NCBI GenBank assembly: GCA_963826785.1
Contig: CAWGYD010000006.1
Coordinates: forward strand, 32,001 to 96,000
DNA length: 64,000 bases
Source of the DNA: an uncultured delta proteobacterium
GTDB taxonomy: Bacteria > Desulfobacterota > Desulfobacteria > Desulfobacterales > Desulfosalsimonadaceae
Direction of reading: 5' to 3'
The position numbers and the translations under genes were made by a program. The first letter of the stretch is position 1. Every line of letters begins with the position of its first letter. The notes below the pieces were generated by a model, which was given only the letters and a program-made list of their open reading frames with translations, did no database searches and was not told the origin of the DNA. Below are positions 9,435 to 19,248 of this stretch, piece by piece.

Positions 9435-11325
9435 ATGAAAATTCTTAAATTAACGGTTTGGTCGCTGATCGGGCTGTCGGTTTTCGCTGTGGCAGTGTAT
9501 CTCCTGCTGCCCCGGGGGCCGAGAGATCCCATGGCGTTTGATGATCCGCACCAGGTGCCGCGGGCGTCTGTTTCGGCCAAAAAGTATATGGCGGCGACCG
9601 GCACCCCCTGGGCCACGCGGGCCGCGATTGACATCCTGGACGAGGGCGGCAACGCGTTCGATGCCGGCATGGCGGCCCTGCTGGCGCTGAATGTGACGTA
9701 CCCGGAGGCGGCCAGCTTCCCTTCGATTGCGCCGACCCTCATCTATGATGCAGAGACGGACGAGATCTGGAGCTACTGCGGGGTGGGAACGGCGCCGGCA
9801 AAGGCGACCATCGATTACTTCACCGCCAAAGGGTACGAGACCATCCCCGAGATGGGCATCCTTGCGCAGCTGATCCCTTCCTCTCCGGACGCCATTATCG
9901 CTGTTTTAGACAAGTACGGGACCATGAGCTTTACAGAGATCAGCGCAGAAGCGGTTCGGCTGGCAAAAGAAGGTTTTCCGCTCCATGAGATGACGGTCGA
10001 GCACCTGGATCTCAACATCATCGAGCGCATCTGGTATTCTTATGCGATGCCCTACAATTCCGAAGTCTACCTGAAGGGCCAATGGTGGCGGCCATTATAC
10101 CACAAGGACCGCTTCCGCCAGCCCGACCTGGCCCGGACGCTCAAGGCCATGGCCGATGCGGAGCAGAAGGTGCTCACGGCCGGGGGAAGCCGCTCCGATG
10201 GGCTGAAGGCGGTGCGCGATTACTTCTACCGGGGGCCGGTGGCCGACGCCATCGTGAAACTGCATGAAGAGCAAGACGGATTGATCACGCGCAAGGACCT
10301 GGCCGATTACACGGGTTACTGGGAGCAGCCGCTTGCGGGCCGGTTCGGCGACTACACGATTTATGCGAATCGCACCTGGTGCCAGGGCGCGGTGGTCCCC
10401 ATGGCCCTGCAGATCCTGGAGGGGTGCGATGTGGGATCGATGGACCGGGAGTCTCCCGAATATATTCACACGGTGATCCAGGCCTTAGAGCTGGCCATGG
10501 CCGACCGGGAGGCATTTTTCGGCGATCCCGAATTTGTGGATGTTCCGGTCAAAGGGCTTCTCGAGCAGGGAATACGCGGACCTGCGGCGCAGGGCCATGA
10601 CGCCGGGCCGGGCATTCGGGAAGATGCCGCCGCCCGGCGACCCCTCGACATTTGATGTGGATGGAACTCCGGCGGTGGCTGATCCCGGGGGGCGGCCCGA
10701 TGCGCGGCCCGGCCGGCAGCATGCATACAGACCCATGGGGGAAATCGACACCAGCTACCTGGCGGTGACCGATCAATACGGGAATTCCATATCGCTTACG
10801 CCCAGCGACTTTCCCCTGTCGCCCATGGTGCCGGGAACGGGCCTGTGCCTGGGCATACGGATGACGCAGTTCCGGCTCGATCCCGCTCATCCGGCCGCCC
10901 TGGCGCCGGGGAAGCGGCCGCGGGTCACGCCCAACGCCAGCATGGTCACCAGGGACGGCCATCTCTTCATGACCTTCGGGACCCCCGAGGGGGACCAGCA
11001 GCCCCAGGCCCTGGTCCAGGTCTTTCTCAACCGGGTGGTTTTCGGCATGGACATCCAGGACGCCATCGACGCGCCGCGGTTCCGTTCGCACAATTTCCCG
11101 GATTCCTTTTCGCCCCACGAATACACGCCGGGGGTGGTCGAGCTGGAACAGGGGCTCTATGACAAGGTCGGCAGGGCGCTGGAACAGATGGGGTACACCG
11201 TCAAGGTGGTTGAGGACTGGCACTATGAAATGGGCGCCGTCTGCGCGATCATCCGGGACCCGGAGACGGGCCAACTCATCGGCGGCGCTGATCCGCGGCA
11301 GGAGAACTGGGCAGAGGGGCGTTAA
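9435..11325 (+). CDS. Gamma-glutamyltransferase family protein with N-terminal membrane anchor; +1 frameshift near 10563
   Basis: GGNAFDA motif, catalytic Thr in DTSYLAVTDQYGNSISLT, PGKRPRVT and GGADPR. The frame switches at KGLL/SREYAD. Confidence 0.85.
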
Positions 11326-11485
11326 ACTTTTAAAATTTCCTGAGTGATCCGGATTATTTCGGCAGGAATTAATGTGAGATGGAAATTTCGATATCTTCGA
11401 CAGGCCAGGCTGCATATCGAGGTGAATTTAATTTAATAAATCCTGATTCTATTGTCGCCATTTCCACTATTTCGTTAACCAGCTA

Positions 11486-11860
11486 TCAGTTACCTGCCAG
11501 ATCTTCGATGATACTTCTTTTGTTCGCTTGGACCTTCATATGCCTTTCGCATACAATAAAAATGGCCTCTTCATTAATGTCAAAATAGTGATGACTGATG
11601 ATGTCGCGTAAGGCCTTGGCCTTTGTCCAATCAACTTCAGGATAGTTTGGCAATAGCCTTTTGTCAGTTACCTTGTCGAGGTTTTTCAGCCCCTCTCCGA
11701 TGGCAATCAGTTGCATGCAAATGGCATCCAATTTTACCAGACCGGCTTCGGATCCGGTGAAATCATCCGGAGATTGGATCGATTCAAAGCGGCGCAAAAC
11801 GGTCTTTGATGATTCAAGGATTTGCGATAATATCTCAATCGCCAATTCCCGATCATACAT
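11486..11860 (-). CDS. HEPN (DUF86/HepT-like) RNase toxin
   Basis: Rx4H motif RDIISHHY and IGEGLK; overlaps the upstream MNT gene. Confidence 0.85.
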   Translation of the reverse strand: MYDRELAIEILSQILESSKTVLRRFESIQSPDDFTGSEAGLVKLDAICMQLIAIGEGLKNLDKVTDKRLLPNYPEVDWTKAKALRDIISHHYFDINEEAIFIVCERHMKVQANKRSIIEDLAGN

Positions 11861-12143
11861 AGACCGCCTCTTGGTCGATTTTTCTACGAAGGAAAGGGTT
11901 CATTTTGCTTCTATAGCTGACAATATCCACATGGCGGTTAAGCCTGTATTCGAGCTCTTGTTTAATCCCAATCAAATTGAATAAGTCCTGGTCATCAAGG
12001 ACGACAACAACATCCACATCACTTTCGCGATCCATCCTGTTTCTGGCACAAGAGCCGAAAATACCAATTTTTCGGATGTAATACTTCTCTTTTGCCTGAT
12101 CGTAAAATTCATTGATTACGGCGAGAACATCCTGTTTGTTCAT
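11853..12143 (-). CDS. Minimal nucleotidyltransferase (MNT/MntA) antitoxin
   Basis: GIFGSCAR..SDVDVVV and VDIV motifs; 96 aa. Confidence 0.85.
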   Translation of the reverse strand: MNKQDVLAVINEFYDQAKEKYYIRKIGIFGSCARNRMDRESDVDVVVVLDDQDLFNLIGIKQELEYRLNRHVDIVSYRSKMNPFLRRKIDQEAVYV

Positions 12144-12341
12144 GGCTCGAAGTCCCACACACAAATAAAGTCCAAAATTAAAAGCTTTGTCGGTTTGGGA
12201 GTAATTTATCGTTATTTCTATAAATTGTCAACTGCCGGGCATGGTCAGCTCGTGAACGTCACGCCAGGATAAACCATGGGCTTTTAGCTGGTTTCCTCCA
12301 GGGGCCGAGGCGATGAGCCATTTTTCTGCATAATTTGTAAA

Positions 12342-12760
12342 TTGAAGTTACAAATTATCCGTGAACGCTTGCTGGCGCAATGCGTCAGTTTCTGTTTTGA
12401 AACCGTTTTTTCGCCCCCTTCGAAGATCGATTTCATTGCAGCGGCCAAAGGACTGGGGTATACGGTGGTTCTCGTCTGCATCCACCTGAACACCCCCGGC
12501 CTGAACGAGGCCCGCGTTTCTCAGCGGGTTTCCGAGGAAGGGCACAGCGTCCCCATCGAAAAAATCCACACCCGCCTTCCCCGCACCCTGAAGCGCATTT
12601 CAACCGCTCTTCCGCTGGCCGATGATGCCAGGCTCCTGAACAACTCCTTCCGGGATGATCCTTTCCGGCTGGTGGCCATCGTGAAGAAAGGCAGGCGCAA
12701 ATGGACTTGCGACCGTCCTGCCGGATTGGGCCGGGCAGATAATGGAAGGCATTCCATGAT
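12342..12760 (+). pseudogene. 5'-truncated zeta-toxin-like/AAA P-loop kinase fragment
   Basis: SFCFETVFS..SKIDFI, ARVSQRVSEEGHSVP and NNS motifs are present. There is no N-terminal Walker A segment and no good start. The 3' end appears frameshifted (LPDWAGQIMEGIP*). Confidence 0.6.
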
Positions 12761-12883
12761 GGGGCGGGTTTTGCCTTTTCAGGGACTGGAGATTTCCCCC
12801 AGGAATTTTAAAAAGTTCCATTGAAAAAAGGAGAAAAGGTATATACGTTTGATTATTAAATTAATTTTAGAGAGGGCCAACCA

Positions 12884-13093
12884 ATGACACGAGAATTTAA
12901 TGTTGTAATTGAAAAAGATGAAGATGGATATTTCATCGCTTCAGTTCCTGCGCTTCGAGGATGCCACACGCAGGCAAAATCACTGGATGTTCTGATGAAA
13001 AGGATTAAAGAAGCCATTGAACTGTGTGTCGAAGTTGAGGAACCTGTTTTAAATGAGTTTGTCGGTGTTCAGCGGGTAGCGATCAGCGCATGA
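12884..13093 (+). CDS. hicB: HicB-family antitoxin (short form)
   Basis: VVIEKDEDGYFIASVPALRGCHTQAKSLD..IKEAIEL. Confidence 0.9.
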   Translation: MTREFNVVIEKDEDGYFIASVPALRGCHTQAKSLDVLMKRIKEAIELCVEVEEPVLNEFVGVQRVAISA

Positions 13094-13314
13094 CATCATT
13101 TCCATCTATTAAAGGAACTGCTTTAATCAAGGCCATTCAAAAAGCAGGATTTGAAGTAATCCGCACCAAAGGGAGTCATCGTTTTCTTAAACACCCGGAC
13201 GGGCGTTGTACTGTCGTTCCAGTTCATCGGGGTGAGCCTATCGGAAGAGGGCTCCTTGCCCAGATTCTTCGAGATTGCGAGATTTCAAGAAAAGATCTCC
13301 AAGATTTGCTTTAA
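13090..13314 (+). CDS. hicA: HicA-family toxin (mRNA interferase)
   Basis: GFEVIRTKGSH..HPDGRCTVVPVH; ATGA overlap with hicB. Confidence 0.9.
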   Translation: MTSFPSIKGTALIKAIQKAGFEVIRTKGSHRFLKHPDGRCTVVPVHRGEPIGRGLLAQILRDCEISRKDLQDLL

Positions 13315-13355
13315 GCTAAATCGATCTACTCGACTCCAAAGACTGTCCGACCGTC

Positions 13356-14465
13356 TCAGGCTTTCTTGTATAGACCCCTTTCCGGGGTGACGATCCTGCC
13401 CGATTTTCTCAGTTGAAAGATGATGTTGCGGAGCCGGGTTTCCGCAATCCCGGTTTTTTTCAGCAAGGCCGGGAAGCCGATCCCTTTGCGGCTTTTGCCG
13501 ATCACCGCTTCCACCCGGCCGCTGTCGCCGGCAAACGATAAAACCTGTTTTACTGCATCTGTTTTTGCGCCGGACGCTTCGGCGGTTTTAGGCGTTTTTT
13601 TCCTTCCTGCTTCCCGGGCCTGCTTTTTTCTTCCGGCAGGCTTTGCCCTTTCAGGGGGCTGCACTTCCCCTTTTTTCACCGTCTTCTTTCGGCGCGGTTT
13701 TTCCGGTGTGGCTGCCGCTTTCCCATAGGGCGCAACCGGTTCGTCCAGTTCGATGCCGAAGATATCGGAAAGATTTCCCTCGTTGATGACCCGGGCGCTT
13801 TTCCGGCCGGCCTTTCCCAGCAGCTGGCGGGTTTTGTCTTCGACGGCATGGGAGATCAATTCGTTTACATCCGCGTTTCGCAGGGTGAAAAAGAGCATGG
13901 GGTCATGGTCCAGGCGCGCGCCGATGCCATAGAGGGCGGCGGCCACGTGCTTGCACATGGAGGCCCAGTCCGGGCAGGAGCAGGAAAATTTAATCTCATT
14001 GGGCGTGGGGAACAGCCCTTTGCCGCTGGCCATGAAGATTTCGCCCAAAGACTTTGGGAATTTGCCTTCCAGAAGCTCCGGCAGGGAGCCGAAGGTCCCC
14101 TGGCAGGCATTTTTGATCTGCCGCCAGTTTGCTATTTTAATGGGCTCGATCTGCACGGAAACTGAATAGGGCTTTGCCCGGGTCCCCTGGACCAGGGCGG
14201 TGACTGCACCGGAGGCGATCTGAAGGTCGAGCACCATGCCGTTGCACACATAGCTGCGGCCCCGCCCGATGCGGTTGCTGTAGTCGGCGTACCGTTCCAG
14301 GTTGGTGTTCCAGGACTTGCCCCACCAGGTCCGGGCGATGGTGCGCCCCTCCACCACCACGGGGGCGATGTTCGGGTTCTTTTTCATGAGCTGTTCCAGC
14401 TTTTTTGCCGCCTTGGCCTTTTTCTCCGCCACGCTCACGTAGGGCGGATATTCCCAGTACGCCAT
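13356..14465 (-). CDS. SWIM zinc-finger protein with K/A-rich linker and C-terminal wHTH-like domain
   Basis: TWWGKSW, NRIGRGRSY and SWIM CSCPD..CKHVAAALY motifs. Confidence 0.85.
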   Translation of the reverse strand: MAYWEYPPYVSVAEKKAKAAKKLEQLMKKNPNIAPVVVEGRTIARTWWGKSWNTNLERYADYSNRIGRGRSYVCNGMVLDLQIASGAVTALVQGTRAKPYSVSVQIEPIKIANWRQIKNACQGTFGSLPELLEGKFPKSLGEIFMASGKGLFPTPNEIKFSCSCPDWASMCKHVAAALYGIGARLDHDPMLFFTLRNADVNELISHAVEDKTRQLLGKAGRKSARVINEGNLSDIFGIELDEPVAPYGKAAATPEKPRRKKTVKKGEVQPPERAKPAGRKKQAREAGRKKTPKTAEASGAKTDAVKQVLSFAGDSGRVEAVIGKSRKGIGFPALLKKTGIAETRLRNIIFQLRKSGRIVTPERGLYKKA

Positions 14466-14541
14466 TTCACCCTCGATTGTTAAAGTTTAAAGAAATCTGC
14501 TTATCCATGAAACTCCAGCAGCATTTTTGTTCTTTTATTTT

Positions 14542-14643
14542 CTTCCCCCCTTTCTTCAAAAGGGGGGCCGGGGGGGATTTAAATTTCGGCGCGTCAACAT
14601 CTCTTGAAATCCCCCTAAATCCCCCTTTTTCAAAGGGGGACTT
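14542..14643. repeat. C-run/G-run palindromic REP-like element (inverted pair)
   Basis: CCCCCCTTTCTTCAAAAGGGGGG..GGGGGGATTT and AAATCCCCC..CCCCCTTTTTCAAAGGGGGA are arranged as inverted copies. Confidence 0.7.
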
Positions 14644-14793
14644 TTGTGCCCGGTTCTCGACTTAAAGAGAGTTCATTTACTTGTTATCCGGATAACCAAG
14701 TTGATAATGTAAAGGGACCATGGCCGAAAAACAATTGAGAACTATCAATTACCAGTTGTAAATTATCAATTAGCAAATCAGACCCACAGCCGA

Positions 14794-17466
14794 TCATAGT
14801 GTCAGCCGGAACATGTCCATCAACTCGTCGGTCTTCATTTCGGTGATCCAGCTCTCGCCCGTGGCGGCCACCACCTCCCGGGTGAGTTTCTGCTTTTCTC
14901 CAAGCATCCGGTCGATCTTTTCCTCGACGGTTCCCCGGGTCAGGAATTTGTGCACCATCACGTTCTTCTTTTGCCCGATCCGGAAGGCCCGGTCCGTGGC
15001 CTGGTCCTCCACCGCCGGGTTCCACCAGCGGTCGAAATGGATCACATGGTTGGCCGCCGTCAGGTTCAGTCCTACGCCGCCGGCCTTGAGGGAAAGGACC
15101 ATGAACGGCACGTATTTTTCATTCTGAAAAGTTTCGATGAGCTTCTTTCGTTTCCCCACGGCAACGCTGCCGTGAAGGATAAGCCCTTCCCGCTGGAACA
15201 CGCCCGCGAGAAATTCACTCAACGGCTGGGTCATTTCCTTGAACTGGGTGAACACCAGGACTTTTTCGCGCTTCTCGTAAATGGTCTCGCAGATCTCCTT
15301 GAGCCGGGCAAATTTGCCGCTGTCCGCTTCGTCAAATCCCCCGGTCCCCAGGTACTGGTCCGGGTGGTTGCAGATCTGCTTGAACTTCATCAACGAGGCC
15401 AGGATCAGCCCCTTTCGCGCAATCCCATCGGTTTCGTCGATGATCCGGGCGAGGTCGGCCACCAGCTGGCCGTACAGGACCACCTGCTTTTTGCTCAGGT
15501 CCGCATAGGTTTTCATCTCCACCTTGTCCGGCAGGTCGCTGATGACCGCCCGATCGGTTTTCATCCGCCGCAGGATATAGGGGGAGATGATTTTCCGGAG
15601 CCGGCCATAGCCGGACGCATCGGTGCCGATGTTTTTGGCAAATGCGCCAAACTCTTTGGAGGTCCCCAGGAGCCCGGGGTTTAAAAAGTCGAACAAGGAC
15701 CACAGATCGGAGAGCCGGTTTTCGATGGGGGTGCCGGTCATGACGATCCGGTTTTGGGCTGAAAGCTTCTTGACCGCCCGGGTCTGCCGGGTCCCCGGGT
15801 TCTTGATGGCCTGGGCCTCGTCCAGGATCACGTAATTCCAGGTGTGCGTTCGGAGCCAGTCATATTTCTGGGCCAGGGCATAGGTGGTGATCACCAGGTC
15901 GAGGATATCGGTGTCCTCGGGTGGTTGGGCTTTTTTTCCATTGGCGCGGTGTGCCGACGGGTGGGCCACGTAGAACTTGAGATCCGGGGCGAACCGCTCG
16001 ATCTCGGATGTCCAGTTGGGGATCAGGGATGCGGGGATGATCAGCAGGCTGGCGTTTTGCTGATTTTTCGGGTCGGTTTTGAGGGCGCTTAAAAAGCCGA
16101 GCAGCTGCACGGTTTTCCCCAGGCCCATGTCATCGGCCAGGCATGCGCCGAATTTCAGCGAATGGAGAAACCACAGCCAGTCCAGGCCCTTTTGCTGATA
16201 CGGCCTCAGTTTTGCGCAAAACCCCTCTCCGGGGTCGGCCGACGGGATATCCACGGGATCGATCAGCTTGGCCATGACCGATTTCAGCCACTGACCGTTT
16301 GAAAATTCTATTTCCTTCGCGTTCTTTTCATCCAGGAAATTCTCCGGGTTCAGTTGTAAACGCAGGGCGTCTCGCAGGGTAAACCCTTGGGCCATCAACG
16401 CTTTCGCCTTTTCATAGGCTTCAAGGGTCTGCTCGATTTTCTCCGGGTCCGCGGCCACCCACCGATTTTTGATAAACGCCAGGCCCTCGGATTCCTCGAG
16501 CAGTTTTCTGGCCTCGGCCTCGGTGATTTCCTGGCCGCCCAGGAGAAGCTTCGGACTGAAATTCAAAATGGCATTCATTCCCACAAACGAAGGCTGCTTA
16601 TCGCCGATGCTGATCGTAAGGCCCAGGCTGGAGGTCTTTGCCTTCCACCAGTTGGGAATCCGGCACAGGATTCCGGCCTCCTCATAGAGGGGGACTTCCT
16701 TCAAAAAAGTAAACGCCTCCCCGGCCGTCCAGCCCAGGGGGTGGAAGAGTTCACCGGAATCGAGGATCTGTGCAATCAGCGCGCTCTTTTCCGCGGCCCG
16801 GTGGACCGTGACCAGAAGCTCCAGTAGCTTTGCGCTCTGCTCCCCGTATTCCTGGAGGGCATGGCGAAGGGGAAGATGCCTGGATTTTCCCTCCGCGTCC
16901 AGCCGGGTGGAATAAGTGGCCAGAAACGCAAAGGGGTACTCGCCGTCCTTGTTTTCCACCAGGTGAAAATACACACGGCCGGCCACGTGCACATCCGGGC
17001 GGTAGGATCGGATGAACGCCTCCACCGTGCCGTCGAAGGACTCGACCGCTACGGCAAAAGCGTTCTCCAGCCGATCCCACACGGACTGCAGAACCCCGGG
17101 ATTGACGTACTCCGCCCCGGTCATCAGGGGCATGCGTTGCAGAAATTCGAAACGTTCCCCTTCTTCCAGGGGGATATGCGCCCGGTGCCGAAGCGTCTCG
17201 ATATCCGGGATGCGCCGCAGTTTTCGGACAAAGGCGCTCGCAAAATCCCTCAAATAATCAAGAGAAGGCGACAGCGTGATGCTTTTGTCGCAAAACCCGA
17301 TAAACAAAAGGCATTCATCCGGATCGGCCGTCCACCGGCCATGGATTTTTTCCTGTAGCTGCTGCGAACGGGGTGAGGCGGCTGCCTCGCCGGTGCCGTA
17401 TTCCAGGTTCAGCGAACCGTCGGGCATGATGACAAGATCAAGCTGTCGGTTTAATCTCTTTTCCAA
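14794..17466 (-). CDS. SNF2-family helicase/ATPase
   Basis: LRPYQ, LADDMGLGKT, DEAQAIKN, TGTPIEN, LKAGGVGLNL and QATDRAFRIGQ motifs. Confidence 0.93.
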   Translation of the reverse strand: MEKRLNRQLDLVIMPDGSLNLEYGTGEAAASPRSQQLQEKIHGRWTADPDECLLFIGFCDKSITLSPSLDYLRDFASAFVRKLRRIPDIETLRHRAHIPLEEGERFEFLQRMPLMTGAEYVNPGVLQSVWDRLENAFAVAVESFDGTVEAFIRSYRPDVHVAGRVYFHLVENKDGEYPFAFLATYSTRLDAEGKSRHLPLRHALQEYGEQSAKLLELLVTVHRAAEKSALIAQILDSGELFHPLGWTAGEAFTFLKEVPLYEEAGILCRIPNWWKAKTSSLGLTISIGDKQPSFVGMNAILNFSPKLLLGGQEITEAEARKLLEESEGLAFIKNRWVAADPEKIEQTLEAYEKAKALMAQGFTLRDALRLQLNPENFLDEKNAKEIEFSNGQWLKSVMAKLIDPVDIPSADPGEGFCAKLRPYQQKGLDWLWFLHSLKFGACLADDMGLGKTVQLLGFLSALKTDPKNQQNASLLIIPASLIPNWTSEIERFAPDLKFYVAHPSAHRANGKKAQPPEDTDILDLVITTYALAQKYDWLRTHTWNYVILDEAQAIKNPGTRQTRAVKKLSAQNRIVMTGTPIENRLSDLWSLFDFLNPGLLGTSKEFGAFAKNIGTDASGYGRLRKIISPYILRRMKTDRAVISDLPDKVEMKTYADLSKKQVVLYGQLVADLARIIDETDGIARKGLILASLMKFKQICNHPDQYLGTGGFDEADSGKFARLKEICETIYEKREKVLVFTQFKEMTQPLSEFLAGVFQREGLILHGSVAVGKRKKLIETFQNEKYVPFMVLSLKAGGVGLNLTAANHVIHFDRWWNPAVEDQATDRAFRIGQKKNVMVHKFLTRGTVEEKIDRMLGEKQKLTREVVAATGESWITEMKTDELMDMFRLTL

Positions 17467-17646
17467 TGGGTTCCGAATGCTGAAGAATCATGTGCGTTTT
17501 TTACACTGCAGGATGCGTGTTTCGGGGCGCGCCCTTTCCATCCGCAAATGATTATTATTTCATGCCGGCTGGAAATTTTCAACGCCAGTTTACAGGGAAA
17601 AATCGATTTGCAAGCAGATGCTCCAGAAAAGCATTTTTCCTTCACA

Positions 17647-17985
17647 CTACTTATTCTGATCCAGTTCTTCCTGGATCCGTCTGACCGTTTCATTTTCCAG
17701 CAGCTTCATGAAATCCGGATTTTTGATCAGGGCCGGATAGTCGTTTTCATCGATTGCTTTCATGATGTCCGGATCATTGAGCGCTTTGATAAAATCCGGG
17801 TCATGCTGCAGGGCAACAATCATATCCATGATCTGCTGGTCACTCATCATGCTCTGCTGCAGGCCCTGGACTTCCTGCGGGATATTTGCGTTTGCATCAG
17901 AGTCGCTATCCGGATTTTGGGCATACGCGTGCGCTGCCAGAAAAATGGAAAAAATGCACAATATGATCATGGAATATGTTTTCAT
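17647..17985 (-). CDS. Hypothetical exported protein (STI1/DP-repeat-like helices)
   Basis: RBS AGGAG. Signal peptide MKTYSMIILCIFSIFLAAHAYA, then repeated DPDF/DPDI/NPDF. Confidence 0.6.
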   Translation of the reverse strand: MKTYSMIILCIFSIFLAAHAYAQNPDSDSDANANIPQEVQGLQQSMMSDQQIMDMIVALQHDPDFIKALNDPDIMKAIDENDYPALIKNPDFMKLLENETVRRIQEELDQNK

Positions 17986-18190
17986 AGAAGGTCTCCTCAA
18001 TTGATGAGCAGGTCAAAGCCGCGTTAACGGCGGATCAAAAAGCCTATCTTCCCCGGTTTCAAGAAATGATGCGCGTGCGAAAAGACCGGAAGTGATGCAA
18101 AGATGACAACAGGCCTTTTCGCCGGCACCATCAGGAGATGAACTAATAAATAATCACTGGATGGTTTGATTGCCGCCAGTTTTTGTCTTC

Positions 18191-18223
18191 CTGGATTCCG
18201 GCTTAGAGATTGGCGGAATGACG
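18191..18223. repeat. CGTC-type REP-like palindrome
   Basis: CTGGATTCCGGC..GCGGAATGACG; a second copy lies at 37058-37090. Confidence 0.65.
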
Positions 18224-18370
18224 CATTGTGTTTCGCAATCGAACTGGAGTTTTCCGGATAAATAGAAAAAAAACCAAAAAAGGATTGAAATTAAAAGGTT
18301 TTGTGATTATTTATAGCGTTGAATAAGGTTTTACCATCTGCGGGGAAACAATGAATTTAAATTCAGGTTG

Positions 18371-18670
18371 ATGATGGATAAACAGCAGGTTCTTGAAAAA
18401 TTAAAAAACGAAAGACATCAGTTGAATGAGTTCAATGTGGATGCTTTATACCTTTTCGGGTCAATCGTAAAAGGCGGGCAGAACCCCCAAAGTGATGTCG
18501 ATATTTTAGTCGAGTTTGAACCGGACGCGAAAATCGGATTTTTTACATTTGTCCGTCTGCAAAAATCACTTGAAATCATTCTGGGATGCAAAGTCGATCT
18601 GACCACCCGTGAGGCGCTAAATAAACACCTGAAAGATAAAATCCTGAAGGAATCGGTCCGTGCAGCATAG
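18371..18670 (+). CDS. Minimal nucleotidyltransferase (MNT/MntA) antitoxin
   Basis: LYLFGS..SDVDILVEF and KVDL motifs. Confidence 0.88.
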   Translation: MMDKQQVLEKLKNERHQLNEFNVDALYLFGSIVKGGQNPQSDVDILVEFEPDAKIGFFTFVRLQKSLEIILGCKVDLTTREALNKHLKDKILKESVRAA

Positions 18671-19013
18671 GGACTGGAAATTTAGAACAGCAGATATCCT
18701 TGACGCGATTGCCGCTATTCAGAAATATTCCGATAACATGAATTTTCAGCAGTTTGTATCTGATCGCAAAACCGTGGATGCAGTTATCCGCAACCTGATC
18801 ATCATTGGTGAATCAGCTTCTCATATACCCGAAGAAATATACCGGGAATTTCCGGAAATTCCATGGGCGGAAATGCGCGGAATGCGTAATCTGGTGGTTC
18901 ATGAATATTTTGGCGTAAACGATAAGATCCTGTGGGATACCATTCAAATTGATCTTCCGCAACTCTTGAAAAAGCTGCAAAACCTGATAGATAGAGGACC
19001 TGCTCCGTTCTGA
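18660..19013 (+). CDS. HEPN (DUF86/HepT-like) RNase toxin
   Basis: DAVIRNLIIIGE, IPW..MRGMRNLVVHEYFGV; GTG start overlapping the MNT gene. Confidence 0.9.
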   Translation: MQHRDWKFRTADILDAIAAIQKYSDNMNFQQFVSDRKTVDAVIRNLIIIGESASHIPEEIYREFPEIPWAEMRGMRNLVVHEYFGVNDKILWDTIQIDLPQLLKKLQNLIDRGPAPF

Positions 19014-19248
19014 AATTCCCCCGCCCCCGATACAAGAGGAAAAATCGCACATCCTTTCTTTACATTCCCCTATTGTATTGATATAGCGTGCTTTCCATTT
19101 ACCTGAACTTCCATCAAATTATTTGAAGCCGGAATTTACGCAGAAATGCACGGCGTTTCGGGGTATAAAGCCGGAGGCGATCGTTTCCGATGGCCCTGTG
19201 CGGGCATGACATTAAACCTGAATTGTATAACAATAGAAATATAGAAGT

